Shown here piece after piece: positions 1-7,281 of a stretch of 32,000 nucleotides of DNA. The notes beneath the pieces are model-generated. The model did not search any database and had not been told where the DNA came from. It saw only the letters and a program-made list of their open reading frames with translations. The translations under genes were made by a program, and so were the position numbers. The first letter of the stretch is position 1; each line of letters begins with the position of its first letter. This stretch comes from Candidatus Saccharimonadota bacterium (lineage in GTDB: Archaea > Micrarchaeota > Micrarchaeia > Micrarchaeales > Micrarchaeaceae). The stretch covers positions 930,001-962,000 of the forward strand of contig OY970071.1 of the NCBI GenBank assembly GCA_963705375.1, written 5' to 3'.

Positions 1-1
1 G

Positions 2-244
2 GAATTCTCGCCATACTGGCCGAGAAGGCCTGACATGCTCTTGAAGCGCGCAGTACGCGGAATGCTGCCCTATGCAAAGACAAGAGGCAGGACTGCGTAC
101 AGGAAGCTTACAGTCTTCATTGGAACGCCCGCGGGGCTTGCAAAGGTAAAGCCAATAGAGATAAAAACAAAGGATGCTAATGCTATATACATGCCCCACA
201 TGACCATGAGGGAGCTTTCGCAATCGCTAGGATATGGTCGATGA
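2..244 (+). CDS. rpl13: Ribosomal protein uL13 (L13), C-terminal part; 5' end cut by the window edge
   Basis: The frame is open from the window start. The C-terminal sequence LKRAVRGMLPYAKTRGRTAYRKLTVFIG matches the conserved uL13 RGMLP...RGR region. It lies directly upstream of and overlaps uS9, as in the conserved archaeal L13-S9-RpoN cluster. Confidence 0.85.
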   Translation, partial: EFSPYWPRRPDMLLKRAVRGMLPYAKTRGRTAYRKLTVFIGTPAGLAKVKPIEIKTKDANAIYMPHMTMRELSQSLGYGR

Positions 245-803
245 TTATATGGTAGACGCAGCAACAACAACGCCAATGCAAGTGCAAGAGGCCGCGCCTG
301 CGGCAGCAGCACAGACCAAGACTCCGGCGAGACGGTCCCGGGCTGGTGCGGCTGTGTCAGGAGCTCCAAAAAGGAGGCCATCAAAAAAGGCGGCAGAGCG
401 GATTGTCTTCGTGAAGAGCAGGCGAAAGAACGCTATAGCTCGGGCTTCTGTTAGGAAAGGCACAGGCGTTGTACGATTCAACAGATTTGACATATCGACG
501 ATGGAGCCGGTGGAGCTCAGAAAGCTCATACTTGAATCTTTGCACATATCAAGCATAACAGAAGATTTTGCAAAGGGCGTTGACATATACTTGAACGTGC
601 GCGGCGGAGGCCAGAGCGGTCAGGCTCAGGCTGCAAGAAGCGCCGTGGCAAAAGGAATTTCCGAGTTTGCAGACGGAGACACAATACGCTCCATCTGCGC
701 GCAGTACGACAGGTTCCTTCTTGTCGACGATCCTAGAAGGGTCGAGCCGAAGAAGTTCAAGGGCCCGAAGGCAAGAGCGAGGTTCCAGAAATCTTATAGA
801 TGA
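234..803 (+). CDS. rps9: Ribosomal protein uS9 (S9) with an unusual ~55-aa Ala/Pro/Lys-rich N-terminal extension
   Basis: The core KSRRKNAIARASVRKGTG..., GGGQSGQAQAARSAVAKGI and C-terminal PKARARFQKSYR are hallmark uS9 motifs. The ATG overlaps the uL13 stop by 11 nt. The start is uncertain: an in-frame GTG at 411 would give a canonical-length protein. Confidence 0.9.
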   Translation: MVDDYMVDAATTTPMQVQEAAPAAAAQTKTPARRSRAGAAVSGAPKRRPSKKAAERIVFVKSRRKNAIARASVRKGTGVVRFNRFDISTMEPVELRKLILESLHISSITEDFAKGVDIYLNVRGGGQSGQAQAARSAVAKGISEFADGDTIRSICAQYDRFLLVDDPRRVEPKKFKGPKARARFQKSYR

Positions 804-807
804 TACT

Positions 808-1008
808 ATGATGATGCCAGTCAGGTGCTTCAGCTGCGGTGCTGTAATTGCGGACAAGTGGGACGAGTACGACAGGCGCGTGAGCAAGGAGCACGAGTCT
901 GCAGAGAAGGTGCTCGACGAGCTTGGAGTGAAGCGGTATTGCTGTAGGCGCATGTTTATAAGCAACATAGAGCTTATAGACGAATTCATGCAGTTTGGTA
1001 GAGTATGA
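808..1008 (+). CDS. rpoN: DNA-directed RNA polymerase subunit N (Rpb10 homologue)
   Basis: The 66-aa product MMMPVRCFSCGAVIADKWDEY...RYCCRRMF carries the CxxC ... CC zinc motif typical of RpoN/Rpb10. The start was trimmed from the 667 ORF to the ATG at 808, just after the uS9 stop at 803. Confidence 0.95.
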   Translation: MMMPVRCFSCGAVIADKWDEYDRRVSKEHESAEKVLDELGVKRYCCRRMFISNIELIDEFMQFGRV

Positions 1009-1156
1009 TGACGGGGTCGTCTGCTAGTTTGGTAGGCTTTCAGCATGGGGTGCTGAAGACCCGAGCGATGAAATATTCCGGGAATTCAAAAACAAAAGGC
1101 CTGAAAATCTCGGCGGCCCCAGATGCTTTATGAAGTGAAAAATGTAGGATGGTATT

Positions 1157-1786
1157 ATGGCAGAAGAGCAACTCTTGGCAAATCAGGAAGATTATCGCGA
1201 TGCTGGCGTGCATTTCGCTACTAAAGTGAAGAGCCCCGGCATGAAGAAGTTCATCTACCGCGTCAGGAATGACGGCTTATATCTGCTTGGAATCAAGACG
1301 ATAGATGCCAGGATTGCTGTTGCAGCGAAATTCATAGCCAGGTACGCGCCTGGCGACGTTGTCGCGACGGCTTCAAGGATCTACGCCATCGCGCCTGCGC
1401 AGAAATTCGCAGAGCTCATAGGCGCTAAGTTCGTAAAGGGGAGGGTCGTGCCGGGAGTGTTCACGAACCCGAACAGGTCCGACTTCATAGAGCCGAAGCT
1501 ATTGTTCATCAGCGACTCGAGGAACGAGAAGCAGGCCGTGAAGGAAGCCACCAAGGTCAACATACCGATAATAGCTCTCTGCGACACAGACAACTCCACG
1601 AAATTCATAGACCTGGTAATACCTGCGAACAACCACGGCCGGAGGTCCCTTGCTTTCGTGTACTACCTGTTAGCTAGGGAAATTCTGAAAGCCAGAGGTG
1701 CGATATCTTCAAATGAAGAATTCAAGTACTCTGTGGATGACTTCGAAACCAAGGTTGACGCTAGGCAGATGGCTCCACAGGAGTAA
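1157..1786 (+). CDS. rps2: Ribosomal protein uS2 (S2)
   Basis: YRDAGVHFATKVKSPGMKKFIYRVRNDGLYLL and IIALCDTDNSTKFIDLVIPANNHGRRSLAFVYYLLAREIL match the archaeal/eukaryotic-type uS2. The position after rpoN is typical of archaea. Confidence 0.95.
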   Translation: MAEEQLLANQEDYRDAGVHFATKVKSPGMKKFIYRVRNDGLYLLGIKTIDARIAVAAKFIARYAPGDVVATASRIYAIAPAQKFAELIGAKFVKGRVVPGVFTNPNRSDFIEPKLLFISDSRNEKQAVKEATKVNIPIIALCDTDNSTKFIDLVIPANNHGRRSLAFVYYLLAREILKARGAISSNEEFKYSVDDFETKVDARQMAPQE

Positions 1787-1819
1787 ACCGCACGCCTCTT
1801 TCTCTTTTCTGTTTCTCTT

Positions 1820-2686
1820 TCAGATGCCTATGTAGACGAACGTAGCGGTAATGAAAACAAGTATGGATGCTGCCATGGCAACAAGGCTTATGTTCCTCGC
1901 ACTATCGAAGAATTCCCTTGATGGCCTGCCCAGGTATCCGAGCGCGACGTAAAGCAAGGCCGCATCAACAAGAAGTATCGGTATCAGGTACACCGCGTTG
2001 TGCGCAAACGGGGCAGTCACAAAGAACATGTAAATGCTTATTGCTATTGCCTCGATGTAGAACACAAGCGCAGCATAGGACGCACGCTTGATTCCGAGTT
2101 GACGCACGATATTCTTCGTACGCCTTGCCTTCACATCGCCGACATGATCCCTTATCATGCCGTGTATCTCCCTTGCAAGGCCGCTCAAGAATACCACGGT
2201 CGCAATCATCACAATGCTAGGCAGGACCACGTTCACGACCACAAGGTTCCCGTATATGAACGGTATCGCCATGGACAGTGCGATAAGGACGTTGCCTATA
2301 AGCGGAGTGTCCTTCAGCTTATAGCTGTATATTATCGCTACGAATGCGAAAATGATTGCTACGATGAGCGCAAGATTGTTTATGAGCGCGCTCGCAGCTA
2401 CTCCGATGAGCAGTGTAATCATTCCTATCGCAAGCGCATCTTTTTCGCTCATCGCGCCGACCACCAACGGTCTGCGTATCTTGTTTACTGTGTCCGCTTC
2501 TACATCAAAATAATCGTTAAGTGCGAATGCGCCCATGCTGATGAATATCGGAGTGACCAGACTGAGAACAAGAACCGGTGCTCCAGGCAGCGCCCCAGCA
2601 ATGATCTCCGCGGCTATGACTGCTATGGCTAGCATTGCGCTATGCTCTATGCGCGTCAGCCTGACTATCGCTTCAAACTTGTTCAT
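1820..2686 (-). CDS. UbiA-family prenyltransferase, probably digeranylgeranylglyceryl phosphate synthase-like
   Basis: 288 aa with roughly 8-9 hydrophobic segments. The Asp-rich motif NDYFDVEADTVNKIRRPL (NDxxDxxxD) is typical of UbiA prenyltransferases. The size and archaeal context fit DGGGP synthase, but that specific assignment is inference. Confidence 0.8.
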   Translation of the reverse strand: MNKFEAIVRLTRIEHSAMLAIAVIAAEIIAGALPGAPVLVLSLVTPIFISMGAFALNDYFDVEADTVNKIRRPLVVGAMSEKDALAIGMITLLIGVAASALINNLALIVAIIFAFVAIIYSYKLKDTPLIGNVLIALSMAIPFIYGNLVVVNVVLPSIVMIATVVFLSGLAREIHGMIRDHVGDVKARRTKNIVRQLGIKRASYAALVFYIEAIAISIYMFFVTAPFAHNAVYLIPILLVDAALLYVALGYLGRPSREFFDSARNISLVAMAASILVFITATFVYIGI

Positions 2687-2798
2687 GCGAGTGATATGGG
2701 TCGATGAAACTTAATAACTTTCTTGTAGGCCTTCAGCTTGCGTCTCCGCAATCCAGAACGCATAAATAATTGCACTTCTTCTGCTTACCAGTGCATCC

Positions 2799-3554
2799 AT
2801 GCGGCAACAGTCTTCGATGGAGTTTGTCCTCACATATTCCTGGGCATTGCTGATACTTGGTGTATTTGTTGCAACAGTGGCGATAATATCTTTGTCGCAC
2901 CCCGTTCGGAGCTACATACCTTCGCAGTGCACAATCACTCCTTTATTTCAATGCCTCGACTCTCTCTTTGCCGCTAACACACTGACTGTTGTGTTCCAGA
3001 ACAATCTTGGCCAGGCGCTGTATTTTCCTTCAAACGCATTCAACGCGACAATCACTGGTTCAGGTTCGGAAACGCAGTATGGCATAGGGGAATGTGTCCC
3101 CTCATTTCTGCCAGTAGGTGGTGAGGCTGTATGCGACGCGACAGTTTCCGGAGCGCAGAACCTTCCTATGGGATCGCAATTATTGACGTCATTTCTGATT
3201 ACTTATGAGATCTGCAACGGGGGGTCCTTTGCAAGTTGCACGGCCCCGACCTATAAGACTGCTGGCTCTTCCCTTCAGGCTATTAGCCCTTCAGGCACGT
3301 CACTTTACTCTATAACCTTCCATGTGGGTGCTGACGCAAGCTATGGTACAATCGTTCTAAACGGGGTTTCATACCCCGATGGCGATACTGCATACTTTGT
3401 AAGTAGAGGCATTACCATATATGCGCTGCCGGCAGCTGGGCATGCGTTCGTATCGTGGTCGGTCACTCCGTCTTCAACAGTAGAGTCTACCGCCTCTCAG
3501 AACACGGTGCTTTCGCTCAGCTCCAACACAGTTCTCACTGCAACATTCACGTGA
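2799..3554 (+). CDS. Secreted/pilin-like protein with a class III (type IV pilin-like) signal peptide and an InlB-B-repeat-like C-terminal domain
   Basis: The N-terminus MRQQSSMEFVLTYSWALLILGVFVATVAII has the QxSxEF motif followed by a hydrophobic helix, as in archaeal EppA-type pilins. The C-terminus ...ITIYALPAAGHAFVSWSVTPSS...NTVLTATFT resembles the divergent InlB B-repeat pattern (A.P..G..F..W........A.F). A TATA-like ataaataa lies at 2762-2769. Confidence 0.6.
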   Translation: MRQQSSMEFVLTYSWALLILGVFVATVAIISLSHPVRSYIPSQCTITPLFQCLDSLFAANTLTVVFQNNLGQALYFPSNAFNATITGSGSETQYGIGECVPSFLPVGGEAVCDATVSGAQNLPMGSQLLTSFLITYEICNGGSFASCTAPTYKTAGSSLQAISPSGTSLYSITFHVGADASYGTIVLNGVSYPDGDTAYFVSRGITIYALPAAGHAFVSWSVTPSSTVESTASQNTVLSLSSNTVLTATFT

Positions 3555-3593
3555 TTTTTGTGTCGGGATGTCTTTATTGCAGTGATGCGCAAG

Positions 3594-4340
3594 CTATCTT
3601 GAGCGCCTTCTTCTGGATGCCCTGCGCGCGACCTGCGCCCTATTCTTAGACGTTGCGTCCTCTACGAAGTCACTGGAAAATTCCCTTGACGCATTGAAGA
3701 GCATCACCATGCCCGTTACTCCTGTCACAAGTATCACCACTACCGTTGATATGAACAGGGCATATGCCGTGATTGCTGTGGCCGGGATGCCGCTTGGTAC
3801 GACTTTCGCACACGAAAAGCTTATCAAGAATGCAATCCACAGGGTTCCTGCTGCTATCGCGACCTCATGATATGCATGCCTGAAGATGACTAGCACAGAC
3901 GTGTATGTGAGCAGAAACATTCCTCCAAGGCAGAACATGAAAACTATGAATGACAGCGGCCCGCTGAATAACAACATAGGCACCACAAATGCTATTGCGC
4001 CCAGTACAAGCACAGCAAGCCAGATCCCAACGCGCCCCGAATGCGCATTTTGCTCCTTGTCGTTCATAAGCCTTACGCTTGATATGTGTGCGCCAGCAAA
4101 ACTTGTCGAAAGCACCATCATGTCTATCGCTATCAACATTCCCCAAAATATGACCTCTATGATCATGCCGTTGCTGATGGAGTTCCCGACAAGGTTTGTG
4201 AACGCGGTGCCTATCGCAAGTATCAGCGCAAAAGAAATCAGCGACACACCCATGCTCCTCCTGTATGCGAATCCCCAATAACGTTTCACGTGCTCTCTAG
4301 CATATCTCATTATACCCACCGTAATGTTCTCGATGCACAA
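3594..4340 (-). CDS. Hypothetical polytopic membrane protein with an Arg-rich C-terminal tail
   Basis: A 248-aa ORF with about 6 hydrophobic segments and the tail ...RAQVARRASRRRRSR. No recognisable family motif was found. The overlapping ORFs in other frames look spurious. Confidence 0.5.
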   Translation of the reverse strand: MCIENITVGIMRYAREHVKRYWGFAYRRSMGVSLISFALILAIGTAFTNLVGNSISNGMIIEVIFWGMLIAIDMMVLSTSFAGAHISSVRLMNDKEQNAHSGRVGIWLAVLVLGAIAFVVPMLLFSGPLSFIVFMFCLGGMFLLTYTSVLVIFRHAYHEVAIAAGTLWIAFLISFSCAKVVPSGIPATAITAYALFISTVVVILVTGVTGMVMLFNASREFSSDFVEDATSKNRAQVARRASRRRRSR

Positions 4341-4380
4341 AATTAAAATAGTTCCGTTCGGGTCTTGAATATGGTACTGT

Positions 4381-4830
4381 CTAGTCTTTGCCTACCTCAT
4401 ACGGAAACACGATCCATTTGTCGATCTCTTCGGCGTAGAACGAAGGTCTAAATTTGCTGGTCTTTTTGTAGGCGACTGTGGCCGTCGTGACTTCGTTTCC
4501 AGCACTCTCTAGTCTCTCGACCCACTCCTTTAAGGTGTCTCCCCTGTCGCTTATGTCGTCCACCAGCAATATTTTCTTGCCAATGAGCTCCTCGCCGGGG
4601 ATCTTGCCGAACATCTCCACTTTGAGGTGGTGCGATAAGTAGACTGCTACAGGCAATCCTCCTCTCGGAATGCCAACAATGCAGTCAAAGTTGTTTTCTT
4701 GTGATACGCTGATCTGCATCGCAAGTTTTTCGAGCAGCACCCCATACTCCTGCCAGTCCATGAACAGCATTTCTTGTTTACCTTCATGTTTGGTTTTTGT
4801 TATCATTCTGTTCATCTGGTTTTCTCGCAT
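4381..4830 (-). CDS. Phosphoribosyltransferase (purine PRTase family)
   Basis: Contains the PRPP-binding motif KILLVDDISDRGDTL and GIPRGGLPVAVYLSHHL. An alternative start is at 4770 (MLFMDWQEY...). Confidence 0.8.
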   Translation of the reverse strand: MRENQMNRMITKTKHEGKQEMLFMDWQEYGVLLEKLAMQISVSQENNFDCIVGIPRGGLPVAVYLSHHLKVEMFGKIPGEELIGKKILLVDDISDRGDTLKEWVERLESAGNEVTTATVAYKKTSKFRPSFYAEEIDKWIVFPYEVGKD

Positions 4831-4840
4831 TAATCAATCT

Positions 4841-5752
4841 TCATAACAGGATTGGAAGTATGAATAAGAAAATGTTTCCGAACAGAAGTGAGAGCACAAC
4901 GCCTATCAATATTGGCAGCGCGAGCGGGAGTGCTTCTTTGTACACCGGAAACTTCTTGGTGATGTGTTTGGTGCGCATCTCCTTTATCAGTTCATATGTG
5001 ACGAGCCTGTCGAAGTGCTTGATCCTTTTCCTTGTGGCTTCTATGTCCTGCCGGCTCATGAGGTTGAACGCGATCAGGTCACCCTCTTCAAAATCGCCGA
5101 CAGGCGCATATTTCACCATAACGCCTGTTATTGGCTCCTCAAAGAGCGTTATCGTGGCTGAGCCTATGAGCAGCACTGCCAATATTATGGCGCTGTGCAG
5201 CGTGATCCCGCCTATCTCATTAAGCGCGATAGCAAAAAACAGGTATGCTGCCACGATTGCCAAGGCCTTTATCGCGCTGCTCCTACCCACACGCATGATT
5301 TTTTTGTTGCACCTGGCCTTCGGTATGTAGTATATCGGCACTATCACCAATGCCACTATTCCCGTGCCTATGATCACTGACACGACGAACGGTATGCCTA
5401 ACTGTGGCATGCTGCCTGCTATCAATGGCGCCGGCTGTATTGGCATGATAAGGGACAAGGCTGCAAACTCGATCACATCTGCAGCACCTAGCATACCCGA
5501 CCTGTATGTCACGTAGCCTACGCCTAGCACCACAAGCGCAATTGCCACGCTTGTGAGAATCGCTGCGGTATTGAGATACAGCAGCGTTAGGGCTGCAGCA
5601 TATGCCAAAGTCGCATATGCAAAGATGCCCGGGACATTCCTTTTGTTGAATATGTCAAACAGCATGTATGCCGTTGCTATGATTATGGTGCTGGCTATCC
5701 TGACAAGTAAGAGATTCATGCAGAAGCAAGAGGATGCAAAATATATAAACAT
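4841..5752 (-). CDS. A24-family aspartic prepilin/preflagellin peptidase (FlaK/PibD/EppA-like)
   Basis: A polytopic membrane protein. The first catalytic-Asp context is MLFDIFNKRNVP and the second is GMLGAADVIEF (a GxGD-like motif). The C-terminal part ...KKFPVYKEALPLALPILIGVVLSLL resembles the archaeal A24 C-terminal domain of FlaK. The probable true start is M12 at 5719. Confidence 0.7.
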   Translation of the reverse strand: MFIYFASSCFCMNLLLVRIASTIIIATAYMLFDIFNKRNVPGIFAYATLAYAAALTLLYLNTAAILTSVAIALVVLGVGYVTYRSGMLGAADVIEFAALSLIMPIQPAPLIAGSMPQLGIPFVVSVIIGTGIVALVIVPIYYIPKARCNKKIMRVGRSSAIKALAIVAAYLFFAIALNEIGGITLHSAIILAVLLIGSATITLFEEPITGVMVKYAPVGDFEEGDLIAFNLMSRQDIEATRKRIKHFDRLVTYELIKEMRTKHITKKFPVYKEALPLALPILIGVVLSLLFGNIFLFILPILL

Positions 5753-5758
5753 TCACAG

Positions 5759-6514
5759 CTATTCGCTGCGAGTGGCTGGGCCTTCACCGCACACATCAGA
5801 GTAGTCGTACTCGTTCAGAAGTTTCCTGCGTTTTTTGTAATCTGGGATCACGGAACCCACAATGCTCCAGAATCTTTGCGTGTGCCCCCGCACTCTTGTG
5901 TGCGCAAGCTCGTGCACAACCACGTACTCCAGGCATTCCTTAGGCATGAACAAAAGGCTGAAGTTGAGCGATATCGACCCGTCTGGCCTATATGTGCCCC
6001 ATCTCGACGTTCCTCCGTGCATTCTGACATCGCTTATGCTGCTGTTGAAATGGAGCCTGTTCAAATTTTCCACATACCCTACGAGGCTATCCCGTATTTG
6101 CCCGTACAAGAGACGTCTCGTTATGCTCAATATGCATTTGTTCTTCCTGTCATTCTGGAGCGACTCCGGCAAGGATATGTGTATGTCCGATCCATTAAGA
6201 CGGCCTGTGCTGCTGCGCCTCTTGCCTTCGCTTATGTGCATGCAGAAGGAGGAATCCATAACGCTTATTGTCTGGCCGTCCTTGAACTCAAGCATACTGT
6301 CTATGTAGCGGCCCGGCTTCGACTCTATGCTTTTCTTAATCCTTGTGTAAAGGTCGCTGGCCGCTTTAGAAGCTTCGTTGCTGCCGAGCCAGCGAGGTAT
6401 CCTTATCTGCACCGTGCGTCCTCTCACGCTCGCGTAGCAGTTCTTGTTCCTCGTAGCTATCACAGTAACGTCAAAGCTAGTGCCTTTGGCTGATATCGGT
6501 TCGAATTCCTGCAT
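5759..6514 (-). CDS. DUF45/YgjP-like (M48 family) zinc metallohydrolase
   Basis: C-terminal YVVVHELAHTRVRGHTQRFWSIVGSVIPDYKKRRKLL carries HExxH followed by the H..FW....P.. pattern typical of the YgjP/DUF45 family. Confidence 0.8.
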   Translation of the reverse strand: MQEFEPISAKGTSFDVTVIATRNKNCYASVRGRTVQIRIPRWLGSNEASKAASDLYTRIKKSIESKPGRYIDSMLEFKDGQTISVMDSSFCMHISEGKRRSSTGRLNGSDIHISLPESLQNDRKNKCILSITRRLLYGQIRDSLVGYVENLNRLHFNSSISDVRMHGGTSRWGTYRPDGSISLNFSLLFMPKECLEYVVVHELAHTRVRGHTQRFWSIVGSVIPDYKKRRKLLNEYDYSDVCGEGPATRSE

Positions 6515-6523
6515 GAAAGATCG

Positions 6524-7132
6524 CTACTTCTTTACTGCTCTGAACATCCTGTCTGCATAATTCCAGTTTACTATGCTCCACCAGTTGTCCACGAATCTAC
6601 TTCTGTCGTTCTTGTACTGCAGGTAGTATGCGTGTTCCCATACGTCGAGCACCAGCAGCACTGGCGACGCGGCAAGATGCCCGATGTTGTGCTTCTCCAC
6701 TTGCGCTATCGCTAGGTTATCAGTTTCTGGCTCGTACACGAGCGCAGCCCAGCCGCTGCCTTCCACAGTCTTTGCCGCATCACTGAACTGTGCCTTGAAC
6801 GCATCGAAACCAGAAAAGCTCTCATTTATCTTGTCACCGATCGCTCCTCCAGGAGTCCCTCCTCCTTTTCCTGATGGTGCCATCGACTGCCAGAATGTGC
6901 TGTGAAGCACGTGTCCGTTGAAGTTGAAGCTATAGTCTCGCATCACAGCACGCACGTCTATCTGCAACTCACCCTTCCTGGCCTTCTCCAGCTTGTCTAA
7001 TGCGCTGTTAGCGCCATTCACGTATGCAAGATGGTGCTTGTCATGGTGCAGTTGCATTATTTCTGTAAGTATGCACGGTTCCAACTCGCTGTAATCATAC
7101 GGAAGCTTCGGCAGTTCGTACCTTTTTGACAT
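6524..7132 (-). CDS. sod: Fe/Mn superoxide dismutase
   Basis: YELPKLPYDYSELEPCILTEIMQLHHDKHHLAYV and DVWEHAYYLQYKNDRSRFV are the canonical Fe/Mn-SOD N- and C-terminal signatures. Confidence 0.97.
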   Translation of the reverse strand: MSKRYELPKLPYDYSELEPCILTEIMQLHHDKHHLAYVNGANSALDKLEKARKGELQIDVRAVMRDYSFNFNGHVLHSTFWQSMAPSGKGGGTPGGAIGDKINESFSGFDAFKAQFSDAAKTVEGSGWAALVYEPETDNLAIAQVEKHNIGHLAASPVLLVLDVWEHAYYLQYKNDRSRFVDNWWSIVNWNYADRMFRAVKK

Positions 7133-7281
7133 TCTCTCACCTGCTATGACTTTGCTACACAGCCATTATAATCCTTTATTTCCGCGCCAAATAATACTGT
7201 AAATGCATTTTATCGAGTGAAAGGCTGGCCAACAAAACTATTAAATGTGTAGGGTCACATGCTATCTATCACGGTGCACCG

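Noticed and set aside
1009-1156. tRNA-like features in the rpoN-rps2 spacer: a D-loop-like tagtttggtag, and a 7-bp hairpin ttcagca-tgggg-tgctgaa at 1039-1057.
   Set aside because: No T-arm (GTTCRANYC-like) or matching acceptor stem could be found. The hairpin has a 5-nt loop rather than a 7-nt anticodon loop. It may be just an mRNA hairpin, and a tRNA call is not supportable by eye.
2000-2632. A 210-aa plus-strand ORF, together with other long ORFs antisense to well-supported genes (3865-4278, 5876-6493, 9633-10247, 4797-5330, 24948-25418, 27812-28183).
   Set aside because: Each lies entirely within, and antisense to or out of frame with, a gene that has strong family motifs. The translated sequences are His/Arg/Cys/Ser-rich with no recognisable motifs.
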